DNA of 64,000 nucleotides from Klebsormidium nitens (taxonomy: Eukaryota > Plantae > Klebsormidiophyceae). Made by a program: the position numbers and the translations under genes. Positions 51,147-62,800 of this stretch are shown piece after piece. The first letter of the stretch is position 1, and every line of letters starts with the position of its first letter. The notes below the pieces were generated by a model. It saw only the letters and a program-made list of their open reading frames with translations. It searched no databases and was not told where the DNA came from. The stretch is taken from contig DF237423.1 in the NCBI GenBank assembly GCA_000708835.1, positions 8,671 to 72,670 of the forward strand, read 5' to 3'.

Positions 51147-51928
51147 ACGGCTTGAACATGAGCGGTGTTGGTAACCACACCTTCACATCCAAAAAACCCT
51201 CCTCCTCTAAGAATGTGAGCTAGCTTCTACTTTGGAAGTTGCAAGCTAGCTAGTTGCAAAGAGTTACCTGACATGGTAACGCCCTGACAATCTGCAATCT
51301 TTAAACAGATAATGATGCAGCCGCTGGTCGGCACAGCAATCCAGCACCCGCAAACTCTGTGCCAGGCGGAAATGTCAAATATCTTTCTGCCAGCTGCCGC
51401 TTCTGACTACCCTTACACTCCTGACTCAGATAAGAAGAGCTATCCTCAAAGTGCCCTGGAACAGCGCTGCAACTTGGTACCCCTCTCTTTGCGGAAGCTG
51501 CTTCTGCTGCTGAACGATGAATCCTCTGTCAATGGCTTCCTCCTCATGAGATCTAGCAAGGTGGGAGAAAATATTCGAGGTTTTCTGGATGTGGGATAAG
51601 TAGGCAGCAATCTCCAAGACATGCGCGTAGCCCTTAGTCCAATATTCTTTTGGAAGACAATATGACGGGCGATAATCGATTATAAGCGGAGGGCTGACTA
51701 GTGCCGAAATTTCTAGCTTTCCCGAAATGCCTGGCCCTGGAGCTGGAGCTGGGCAGAGTCTTCTGAGAAGTCTAGACTCTGATTGTCGCCACTCGCATTG
51801 CTGCAGGTTTCGCCATGATGATGTGGTCTGCAAAGGTAGAGTAGCTTTCCTAGTCAAACGTTCAGACTCGCAACAGAATGTGTACTCGCTCTTAGGTCCA
51901 TGGTTCACGCTACGGCCTTATAAAAGAA

Positions 51929-51954
51929 GTATGTATGTATGTATGTATGTATGT
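51929..51954. repeat. (TATG)n microsatellite
   Basis: gtatgtatgtatgtatgtatgtatgt read directly. Confidence 0.9.
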
Positions 51955-52108
51955 GGTCTGCAAAGCTACTGTAGCTGAGCATACAAAATAAGAGTATCAA
52001 AGCTGGTGCATTGTGGGAGGTGGTGTAGCAGTCCAGCTTGTTGAAAGTCCCGCTTGATTCCCTGCAAAAACTGGGTCTGCGTCGGAAGTGGTTTGGCTTC
52101 ATACCACC

Positions 52109-55100
52109 ATGGGAGCAGCAAGCAGCTCCGATGCTCCTCCTGACTGCGCGCAAGGAGTCCGCTTCACCAGCATTCGAGGGGTTGGGGCCGCTGACGTGCT
52201 CTGGGATGGAGATGATTGGGGACGATCAAAAGGTATTTACTTGATGCCCTTTGCTATCACAATCAGCATTTGCCCCCCTGGTTTTTGAGTTAAGCTGGAC
52301 TAATTTCAATTCCAGAAGCGCTGCATCGCTACGAAAACTCAACCCGGAAGAATCAATGAGAATCTCAGAATTGTATAGGGTGCCAGTTCCGCAACAATTG
52401 TCTCACTGAGCGCTGTTGGTTTTTCCACAATTGCATGTTGGCGCCACCGCATGTCGTGGACAAAGTGTTGGCATAGATTGCGAATAGCCCCCTGTTACTT
52501 CACAAGCTTTGATCTTTCTGAGATACAAGCTTTTCAAGCCAACCAGAAATACACCGATTAGCAACTGCCACCAGGAAGCTGCATCTTTGAAATCTACCAG
52601 GCTTGCGAGGCGTATCAGCTTGAAAGATGGAAGCAGTCATTGCCACCTCTGCCAGAAGTGCATTGCCACCTCTGCCAGAAGTGTTGAAAAGGGGAATTGA
52701 TCATTGACAATCCAAAAGCAGAACAGTTCTTTGACAGTTGCACATTTGAAGGTCTGCCAGTTCCAACCAGACATTAAGGCAGTGTAGCTGAATACCATGA
52801 TGTCAGCTTTTCTCATTGATGCTTATGGCATGATTTCCTGTTGCAGGTGGTCAGTTGTTAGAATCAAGGATGTTTGAGTTGGAGATACACACGTTTCCAG
52901 AAAGAGGGCCTCCGCTCGCGTCCATGACCAACAATCTGTTCACCCGGGACTGGGCGAACCCCATTCTTTCAAACTTCAAGCTAAGAAGGTAGGTCAGGAG
53001 CCTCCGAAGATTGTTCAGTTGAGGCAGGGACACCAAGTATACTCATAGGCACTCCTCTTGAAAGAGACGCTGGCAGATCTGCACGTAACGTCTTACAAGG
53101 TCAGTGGGAAGTTGATTCCTCCCGTGCAAGGCAGCCTTTCAGCAGTCCAGCTTGCTCTGCACCGGCTCCTCTTTGGATTCTTGCCTTTGCTTCTGATTGC
53201 CACTAGTAGACTTCACCAGCAAAGATGGATACCCCACGTTTCAGGGTCCAGAGAGCCAATGATAAGAAGCCAGAGCACCTTCGGCTGGTCAAGATACGGG
53301 GGGACGGCAAGTGTCTATTCAGAGCTATGGTGAGAATATTCTCTTCCCACTTTCTTCAACTGGCTGACCTTCCAACCCATTCTCATCAGCAAGGCTTCAA
53401 CTTCAAGAATAAATCACATATGTTGCTTATTCACACGTCGCAATCGTCCAGTGGGCTGGGCGCTCATCTCGACCTTGAGCAGACGTTTCTGTTGCCATCA
53501 CAAGCTGGTGTTTGACATTTGAAAGCTCATTCCGGCACGCAGTTTTTTTGTCGTCTGTTGATCAGAAACGGCAGGACAACCACAAAGTCAATCCAGAAGG
53601 TGCAGCCTTTACTTGGTTTACATGTCGTAAGGTATTAATCTAGACAAGACGTTGTTCAAATGTACGTCCTCTTTTTGACCCGTTCCGTCTTCTCCTCCAG
53701 GCATGCGGCCTTGCTGCGAATAAAGGAGAGGTCCTCGGGTTTCGGGAAGAAGAAGAAGCAGGTCCGTTGGCCTTCTTGCATTGCGTGCTAGTTGGCTGAG
53801 GCCAAAGCTAAGAAAATTGCTATCAGCATGTTCTAGCTGATTGACTATATTCAGTGATTCTCCTCCAACGCTTTACTAAAACGGAGTGGGCCCGAACCCT
53901 TCTTGGCCCGTCCTAAACGCTAAGATGAGAGGATAAATACAAGACGTTCCGCTTGTTTCTGCACAAGCTGAAAGCGTTCAAAAAGGTTCGTACTGATAAC
54001 CACCGATTGTTTCCAGATAACGGACGCTGAACCCGTTCTCACTGCTCTTGCGAATGCAGACAGTCTGCGCCTGGCGGTACACGACGCCCTATGTACAAAC
54101 GAGCGGCGGCGGCGGCAGTACGAGGAGGCCCTCATTGCAATCACTTTAGACCAGTCCGTCGAAAGGTAAGACCGCAAGCCTAACCACTGCATGCCGAACC
54201 AATTTGATTTGCGGAGTCTCAGTCTTTGATTCTTTACAGGCGTCAAACCGCGTTGCTCTTCATGAGTCGAGTGTGGAAGACTGCCATCAGTGTAAGTCTC
54301 AGTTGTGTGTTTGTACGACAATCTCATCTCAGCTTTATAGACGTTCTTTCAAGTGCAGCGTGCCTCTTTGTTCGGATTCTTTTTGTTATCTCGTCGGATC
54401 TGTCTGGCTGCCCAAAAGGCGGTCAATCGAACATTCCTTTCCTAGGAGCTTTGCGGTTTCCTGCCCAGTTACCCTCTGTTAGCTGTTGTTAAGTATGCTT
54501 CGCTGGAGTAGCTCGTCACAAGGCCACTCCCAAACTCGGTTTCTCTAGCTCTGTTTCTCCCCAGCCTGTGGATAAGCGTTTGAAGAATCCGCTGACTCGC
54601 GCTTCTACTTGCTGGTCAGCGCCGAATGTATATATGACTGCCGTAGGAAAGCCACTTCCTTTCCGGGTTGCAAGCAGGTACTGCACGCGATTAAGCAGAC
54701 CAGATTTCTGGGGAGGGGAGCCGGAAATGCTGGTGAGTTCGCGGTCGTGGATTCGGAATCTGCGACTCGGTCTTCTTGCAGGTTGTATGGCGTCCCGTCT
54801 AATACAGGGTCAGTACGGCAGACCTTCTTACATGAGGGCAAGCCAATTTGCGAAGTTGCTGGCCTATTTCCAAGTTGTTGGGACACAACGGACAATTTGT
54901 GCGTCGGCCAAGTGCGAAGTCCGCAAACTTGTGAAAGAAACTTATGGATCGGCCAGGGTTCTGGGATTGTCCAGAACCTTCTAAATTCCAGGTACGTTTT
55001 ATGATTGATCAATGCGTTATCGTCTTTTCCATTACGCAGGTCTTATCTCGAATGCTCAAGCTGCCAATATACGTCTACGTTCCAGAATCGACGGTAAGCG

Positions 55101-55471
55101 TGGCTCCTGTTGACCTTCCCCAATTCGGACGTTCGACTGCCTGGGCGGATTCCGGTCGGAAGCATCAGCATAGACAGATAATTTGTCATCACCAAACCGT
55201 CTTCTTTCCTCCAACGTGTGTGCAACAGAGAAGCAAAACCCAAGAGTCGATTTTGATGAATCGACAGCCGTTATCCCCATTGCGCTTTACTGACGTCGGT
55301 TGCTCTGCCTTGCTTTTGCAGACGAGGTTCAAGTCCGCTTTAGGCAGCGGGTTTGTGCCGATTCAGCAATACGGTGAGGAGTTCGAAAAGTCGACGAAAA
55401 CCAAGAAGCCTCGAAAACCGGTGCGGCTGTTGTATAACGGACACAATCACTTTGACCTTCTAATACCTTAA
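52109..55471 (+). CDS. OTU3: OTU-domain deubiquitinase, plant OTU3-like
   Basis: Exons 52109-52232 (tentative), 53220-53329, 53701-53761, 54060-54165, 54678-54732, 55040-55093 and 55322-55471 are in phase. Catalytic IRGDGKCLFRA, DFWGGEPEML, VRLLYNGHNHFDLL. Confidence 0.85.
52638..52683. repeat. Perfect 23-bp tandem duplication (cattgccacctctgccagaagtg x2)
   Basis: Read directly from the sequence. Confidence 0.9.
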
Positions 55472-55988
55472 CGCTCCGATACCCATCGCGACCTCGACGT
55501 GGCAATCGCAGCGTTGAAGCCAAGCTGATGGAGCTAGCATTTGAACCGTCTGACACATTTCGAGGCAGTTTGTCATGCACACTGAGCTTGCTGATTATCC
55601 AGGCTCCTGCGAAACATGGCTGCAATAGGCGGCCGGGATGACGGTAGGACGTGGCAGGCCCATATTGCTATGCCGACTGATCATTGTATATGCCATGGAA
55701 GCCTATGGCCGGCCCCTGCATTGCTACGGCGTTCTGAAACGAATTGTGATGTCAGTCAATATCGAACTGCATGGTGCAAATCGGGGGCCAATATAAATGT
55801 CCAACCCACGATTGAGTATACCGAGCATGATTCTAGTGCAGGCTTGCCAAGGCAAAGGCGTGCGCCGTCATGTGCCTGGCAACACCGTCGGAATCATAAT
55901 CGTCGATGAGACAGTCAGGATCCCAATATGCTTGATCTTGACGAATCTAACACTGTGACAGGCTTCACACAAATCAAACAGTTAGTGT

Positions 55989-57380
55989 TTACGGTCTGCT
56001 CCTAGACAGCTGGAACGAATTAAGTACACACCTAGACAATCTACCCATCGTCTGCCCCGCGGGCAGCCACATATTCAAACCCTGTACAAAAGGTTCATAT
56101 CTGCCTTCGACTATCTCATCCCCAATAAGCAGCGGGCGAAAATGCACACCTGTATGGTAAAAAGCCAGAGGGTAGTGTTCAAAAACATAGTATGTGAAGG
56201 CATAGTGACGCCATTGACCAACAAATTTGACGGGCTTTACAGACAATTATCATGCAATGGGCGCATGTCTGACGAGCTTGACCTCACCAGCAGATACCTG
56301 ACAGAAGACAAGGTAACAAGTTGAGCTGAGTGCAGGAGTCAGACATGGCCCTCTAAAAGATAATATCTAACCAACCTATGTAGAGATCTCTAGCTCTTTT
56401 CAAGAAGCTGCGGCTGGCCCATTGAATTGTTGAGGGAGTATACAAGTTGAGCACTATCAGTATCCTTTCCCCGGTCGCATCGTCACTGTCAGGAACCCTC
56501 TGTTTAAAGAAGAGGCCACTGATGTCGCCAGCTTTGCCACCATCCATTAAACTTGCAGAAAGATTGAAAGCCAATATTCGAATGCATGTACTGGGTTCCC
56601 ATCAAAATTCAGGACAACATGACAGTATGACAATATGCCAATATGACTCTTGTCATGATAGCTCCAAGACAAAATGGCATGGGTTGCTTCATACTCATGT
56701 CAAGGAGCCAAAGACCAGTCACTGAGAAGCTGAAGTGCGGATGAAGCAGCTCAAGATGAAGCTAAATCGATACTGCTTCTGCTAAATCTGGTTGAAAAGA
56801 CTTTTCCTCTTGCTCTAACCCTTTGGCCAGTCATTGTCGTGGAAACCCTCCACACAACCTGCTACCAATCAGCCACCTGCGGTGCTTTCAAAGGGGTTTC
56901 AAAGTCAATCTTCAAAGTCAATCTTTCACTTTTTGAACTTGTGAAGAATTGATTAAATCATCACAGAAAGGGCAGCAACACTTCTTCATGGAACTTGTCA
57001 CAAGAAGCCAGCAAGTCTTCTTCACAGCACATAACCTTTAGGTCACGAAGTTGCTGAGCAACGCAACCCAAATTTGTGAATGATTCTCTATAGAACTGAC
57101 TCTAAGCAACCGCATTGAGCACATCAAAGAATACAAAGTCATCTGAAAGCTCACCTTACGGCAGGTTCAGCCGCTTTTTCATCTCTTTGATGATAAGCTC
57201 AATTTGGTCTGAAGGGAGCTTCCCAATGCGGAAGGTGAGCCCCTTATGCCCCTTGCGCTCGTTTGGCCGCACTTCCCCCAGCTTAAATTTGGGGGAGCTT
57301 GGACCTCTTGGTCCGCTTGCGAAATCCCGCATCGAGCTTCTCCAGAAGCTCCTCAAAGAAGTCCTGATGTGGCCCCGCAT
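55989..57380 (-). pseudogene. Decayed multi-exon coding remnant of unknown family
   Basis: Protein-like segments with splice-like ends (…SDQIELIIKEMKKRLNLP|gtaagg at 57160; ESFTNLGCVAQQLRDLKVMCCEEDLL…; RILIVLNLYTPS…; WRHYAFTYYVFEHYPLAFY…) interspersed with stops. No motif recognised. Confidence 0.3.
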
Positions 57381-57581
57381 GGATGGCGAATATTATCGTT
57401 GAATAGCAGCGGTCATTTCCGGTTTGTTAATACCATGATGAGCCTTGACAAAGGAGGAGAGCTGATTGTTTCACAATACCCAGTGTCTTTTGCTCGCGCC
57501 AAAATGAGCGGCGACGCTGCAACTTGAAAGTGCTGGCATTAAGTAGGAGTGCCTCAGCCAATGAGAGTCCAGGATCTTCAA

Positions 57582-58296
57582 GGGTACCGTCATTTTGAAG
57601 CTGGTACCCCCCCATTCTTTTATAGGGGGTACCCGTTAGAGGCTTGACTCAACAATTTCAGCCGCCCCGGGGGGGGGGCTAGGAGTGAGTCGAGCTCTCA
57701 GGCGGGGAGGGGGGGGGCGCTTGAGGCTTGGGCCGAAGGCCCAAGCACAGGCGCTTGATTGGTCAAATACCCACATAATCATCAGAANNNNNNNNNNNNN
57801 NNNNNNNNNNNNNNNNNNNNNNNNNNNNNNNNNNNNNNNNNNNNNNNNNNNNNNNNNNNNNNNNNNNNNNNNNNNNNNNNNNNNNNNNNNNNNNNNNNNN
57901 NNNNNNNNNNNNNNNNNNNNNNNNNNNNNNNNNNNNNNNNNNNNNNNNNNNNNNNNNNNNNNNNNNNNNNNNNNNNNNNNNNNNNNNNNNNNNNNNNNNN
58001 NNNNNNNNNNNNNNNNNNNNNNNNNNNNNNNNNNNNNNNNNNNNNNNNNNNNNNNNNNNNNNNNNNNNNNNNNNNNNNNNNNNNNNNNNNNNNNNNNNNN
58101 NNNNNNNNNNNNNNNNNNNNNNNNNNNNNNNNNNNNNNNNNNNNNNNNNNNNNNNNNNNNNNNNNNNNNNNNNNNNNNNNNNNNNNNNNNNNNNNNNNNN
58201 NNNNNNNNNNNNNNCGAGGGGGTCCTAGAAAGGTGGCTTCGAAAAAAATGGTCGATTTAAGAATGGGGGGGTGCCACTTACAAAATGACGATACCC
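57582..58296. mobile_element. Non-autonomous DNA transposon (38-bp imperfect TIRs, 3-bp CAA TSD; PIF/Harbinger-like) spanning the assembly gap
   Basis: Left gggtaccgtcattttgaagctggtacccccccattctt versus reverse complement of the right end gggtatcgtcattttgtaagtggcacccccccattctt (33/38). CAA at 57579-57581 and 58297-58299. Confidence 0.75.
57788..58214. other. Assembly gap (427 N)
   Basis: Run of n. Confidence 1.
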
Positions 58297-59820
58297 CAAC
58301 AAGCATTTGAGGCCGAGGAATTTGGCGCGTAAGGGTCCGGCCAGGGAATGAATGACAGGTAGATCGCCGCGTTTTGTCGTTTCCCTTCTGAACTTCGGAT
58401 TGGCCAGCGCAAACCGCCGGTTAGGTCAATTTTAACATCGAAATCGGCGGGTCCGATTGATCCACCGTTGCCCGTAACCCCGCACAGCACGGGAAATGGT
58501 GGTGTATTGTTTCGCGGGCGTCCTCGCGGACTCCCCGCGCGGACGGGTCGTCGGCGGACTCGGGCGAGTTGCCCGGCATTAGCGGACTGAGTGCGGACGG
58601 TCGCACTTTCGGGTCGAATCTGGCAGTACCGTGCTGACGGACTCAGGCAATTTTATACTGCCGTTATCGCTGCCGGTTTTGAATAGATGCAACCTGGGAG
58701 GTTCTGCCTTTTGGGTTAGAATCTGGGTTAAAAGATGTGCTTCTCATTTAGGGTTTTCGAAGCTAGTACAGGCTGTCCCTGAATCATGCAAGGAGTGCAT
58801 CATTCAGGGAGAACGCTGATTCACAAGCCTCCAAGGATCGCATGCACTTTTTGCTGGTAAAAGCTCTTGCTGGTAAAAAGCTCTAGCTGGAGCTTTGAGG
58901 CGTTGCAGCTACGTGTGGCAGCAAGTCCAAGCTAAGCTGTATATGGACGGCAGGGTGGGGCCAATACTCTGTGAGCTAATTTAGCGAAGGTGCTGATTTG
59001 AATTAAAATCTAGCCATTGAGATGGGGGCATCCAGTAGACTCGGATTAAAGTTTGGGTGCAGTTGTTTGAGTATTCTGAACAGAAGGACAGCAAGTATAG
59101 GGGCTGCTTTCTCCCAGCTCGAAGTGACAACAGCTGCAGCGGTAAAACCTTTTGTTGGCGTGGTGGAGGGTATTTCAAAGGATCAAACATCTTTCACAAA
59201 CCAGCAATTGGGTTTGAATTCTGAGCTGCCCTGCAGTCCAGCAGTTGTGGTTTGCTCTGTCAGTAGCACCATAGAACCAGCAAGCAGAAGGGGGCATGGT
59301 TTTCGGTGGCCCTTAGGGTTGGCCCTTCTTGCTCCAACGCTCGCGGCAACTGAATTGGTAAGCCTGGGCCTTTTGTTGCAAAACACATTCCATTTTGATT
59401 GCAAGTTGTTCTCTGTTTTTCCCATCTGTTTCTGGATTTTTGAAAAACTAGATGCCATAGTCAATCGAGGAGCCTGTCAGACACAAAACCAGGTACAGTT
59501 CAGAGAAGTGCTGGTCAGCTTTTCTAAAAAGCTCATTTGCTTAACTTGTCTGGACGAAGCAAGCAAAATGCTGGACAGGATATTATCATACTCGTTCACT
59601 CAAGAACCTGGCAGGATGGAGAAAGCAAGCAATATGATTTATAAGCATGCCAATGATTCAACAAAAATCATTGCAATCAAGCTCAGTAATTCCTGATGAT
59701 CATTCTCTTCATCTTCAATGAACGCAAGGTCATTGGCCACAACCTTCAAAGGGTTTATGGAGAGACTTCTCAGATTGGCGGGCTCCACATGTTAAAGCAG
59801 ACTTTGTATGCTTCTCACAG

Positions 59821-62800
59821 ACGGCGCGCGCTGCGGATGAAGATGATGCATTCGATGACCTTGAGCAAGTTGAGGAGTTGGATATGGAAGATGCAGCACT
59901 TGAGTGGGGGTGGACGAGCGGTCTGATAGTGACAGCTCGATCTCGGATATGGAAGGCGATGACCCTGTCGATGAAAGTCCAGATCAAACAAAGGTGATCC
60001 TGACCAAGTTAGCTGCGGTGCGCTCGGATGCAACAAGAAGACTTTATCGTGTAAACACAAGAGACTATCAGGTGAGCTGCAAACATTTGATACTTCTTTT
60101 TGATCTAAGCTAGTAGCTGAACGTGCCATGGTGCCCATTGTCAAGACTGAACACATGTCTTCTTCGTCTTTCAAAAATAGATATGTGCTAAGGAAGGTAA
60201 TTTCTTTCTTCGTTCCAGCGCTTCTGGGAAAGGAAACATCTGCTGAAAGCTGGGACGACAGTGCCCCGTGCAGCCGTCACCAAAGCAGGGGTTGGAAAGT
60301 TTATGGTGGCAAAGCGCAAGCGGGTAGGTCTTCTGTCCAGATTGATTATGGTGTCTAACGGGTTTTATGTGCAGAATGGTGCTTGTGTGTCCAGAAATGG
60401 ATGTGATCAGATTGGTTCTGGTTGCAAATTGCAGTCAACAGGTTTTTTGCAGAAACTACAGAGACGCGATGTCTTCTAATGTGCATCGCGTGCATGCTTG
60501 TTACCTCTACATCTGATCTGACCGTGCGTGTACCGCTTCGTGTGCAGTCACACTCTTGGCTGAACAACCATTTGAAAGCGTTCCAGTGGGTTTTTAGAGC
60601 ATACAAGCGGTCAGCAGATGCCACAGTCCCGGACCTGCGAAGACTGGCGGTCGTTGAAGATACTATGAAGTTTGCAAAAGAGAAGAGCGCGAATCGTGCA
60701 AAAGAGTAAGTGGAAAGGCTCCTCATGAAGTTTCATGGTTTGGCAAATACTTGAGAGAACTCGTCAATGAATCCTGCTCTGTTTAGCTTAAAAAGCTGGT
60801 TAACGTTGAAAGAAAGGAGGTTTACATGCGGACTGGAGTTCCGTCACTTTTAGCTTGCTCTACTCAACATAGTGCAATTCGAAGCCTGGGCTATCCAAGG
60901 TTGAAACCTGCCCTTTTTATGTCACGTTATTCTAAGCCCGGATACTTACACTTTCTTGTTCCTTTTGTGCACAGTGAGTATGAGGACCGCCAGAAAGGGT
61001 TAAGTGCAGGTTACAGCCCGCAGGAGTATTGTCAGATCAGCGAGTACTGGTTGAACATGCTCAGGAAAGGCCACAGAGGGGATGCCAAGGAGCCACCTCC
61101 CTTCACAGCCCTCCAGCTAAGGTAAGTCTGCTGTCACTCGAACTTCCTTGGTAAACAGATGTTTGAGGGTTAGCAATAGGTGTTACGTAATCTCTTTCCA
61201 AAGTTTTCCCTTGATTTTTGTGGATTGTCGCTTGCTGGATTGTCGCTTGCTGCTTTTCTTCGCTGTGTCTCTTCTTGTTGCGCCCGGCTCTCAAGTTTTT
61301 ACCTCATTATTTTGTCTTCGCCCCTACAGGGCGGACTTCCTCTGGTTGAATACTGCTCTAGGACGTGGCCAAGATGCCTACAATCGGCAGCTACCTGACC
61401 AATTCGTGTACAACATGCCATACGTGGGCCCGGATCAAGCGGACGTCTTTGCTACGGTCACCAGAAACGGCAAGACTAACAAGGTTAGTGTCTATCGTTA
61501 TTTGAATGGATTCAAGCAGGCTTTGCTGCCATGCACGCTCAAGCATTCATTTGCCTCTGGACACTAGCCTCCTCTAGCCACAAACCTTAAGTGTCCGTTG
61601 GGCCAGTATAACGAACCGTAGATTTGTAAGCTGCGGATCCCTCATTGATCAGTCATGCTGACCAGTCATGCCGCAAATCATTCTGAATGTAGTGTTGAAG
61701 CCAATCTTTGTGGCTAAATTGCTGATCTTTGTAGGTCATCTGTTGATCTGGTTTCTTTTCATCTTTCTACAGAATGCAAGGGCGGAGTTCATCGGCGCTC
61801 TTCGGAACCGCAACGTCATGATCTGCTGCGTTGGGGCGGAGGCCATGCGAACAATCTGGCGTTTCCACATTGACACGGATGCCAACACTTCTTGCCCCGA
61901 TTTCAGCACCAAGCAAGGCTGGTACGTACATACAGTCGTTCGGACTGTTGATTGTGAGCTTGTTGGCAGTAGTCGGCAACACTTACTTCCTTGTTTAGTT
62001 CAACCTCTGATTGAATATGATGATCAGATTTGCCCTCGTTGCTTCAAAGGGTCAAGGATGGCAGGACATTGAAGGCTCCTCTGAGCGGCTTGGTAGCTCA
62101 GTACCTAAGCCACTCAGGTGGCCAACATTTGTCTTTTTCACGAGTGTTCCTCGCTCGGTTTCCAACCGTTTTCAACTCTCCCCTCCTAGGTATGACACGC
62201 CCGTTGCCCCAGGGCGAGCCACAAAGAAAAACCCGCATGGCCACTTGACGTACAACACCTACTACAAGTACTTCCGAAGTGCCTTTGAAGCAAACAACAT
62301 CTCTTCGGACAAGGTCGTGCATGCTGGACGTGGGCACGGTACGCGGGCGGCAGCTGCAGCAGGGTGAGTGGCGTGACATTTCAACGTCTAACTCCGGTTG
62401 ATGTACTTCGTCAAATCGGTCCGGCTAGCTTCGACTGGACGGAAGGGTCCCGAGCTGGTTAGGATTGCCCTTGGGGAGCTTAAGTTGTGTTGGTGGAATC
62501 TGCCATACGGTTTACTGTGCAGGGTTTCCAATCCAAAAGGAAGTGTGCCGGTTTTATCGAAGTGTTTCGCAACGTCAAAAGTCCACTTCGGCTGTGATAC
62601 TCGCAACCTGCAGGCGAGTACTTAGAGGGGTTCAAAACTAACCAAGTCCGTGTTTGCACCACAGAGCGGACCCCCGAGAGCTCCAGTCGCTCGGCCGATG
62701 GACCTACGCCAACTTCGACATGTCCTATCTCACCAGCCTACTCCCGAAGGCGTTGGTCATTCAGGCCGGGGTCAACAAGGACGACACTAGAGGCCGACCT

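Noticed and set aside
57720-57750. GC hairpin cttgggccgaaggcccaag as a Helitron 3' end
   Set aside because: No CTAG at the expected ~10-15 nt distance, and it lies inside a TIR-bounded element.
57685-58310. ORFs of 174-191 aa across the N-run
   Set aside because: Artefacts of undefined bases.
59022-59696. 224-aa plus-strand ORF and an antisense 93-aa ORF with a faint Myb/SANT-like KTENNLQSKWN
   Set aside because: No recognisable domain on plus. The minus-strand resemblance is a few residues surrounded by stops, which is too weak to call a Harbinger Myb gene.
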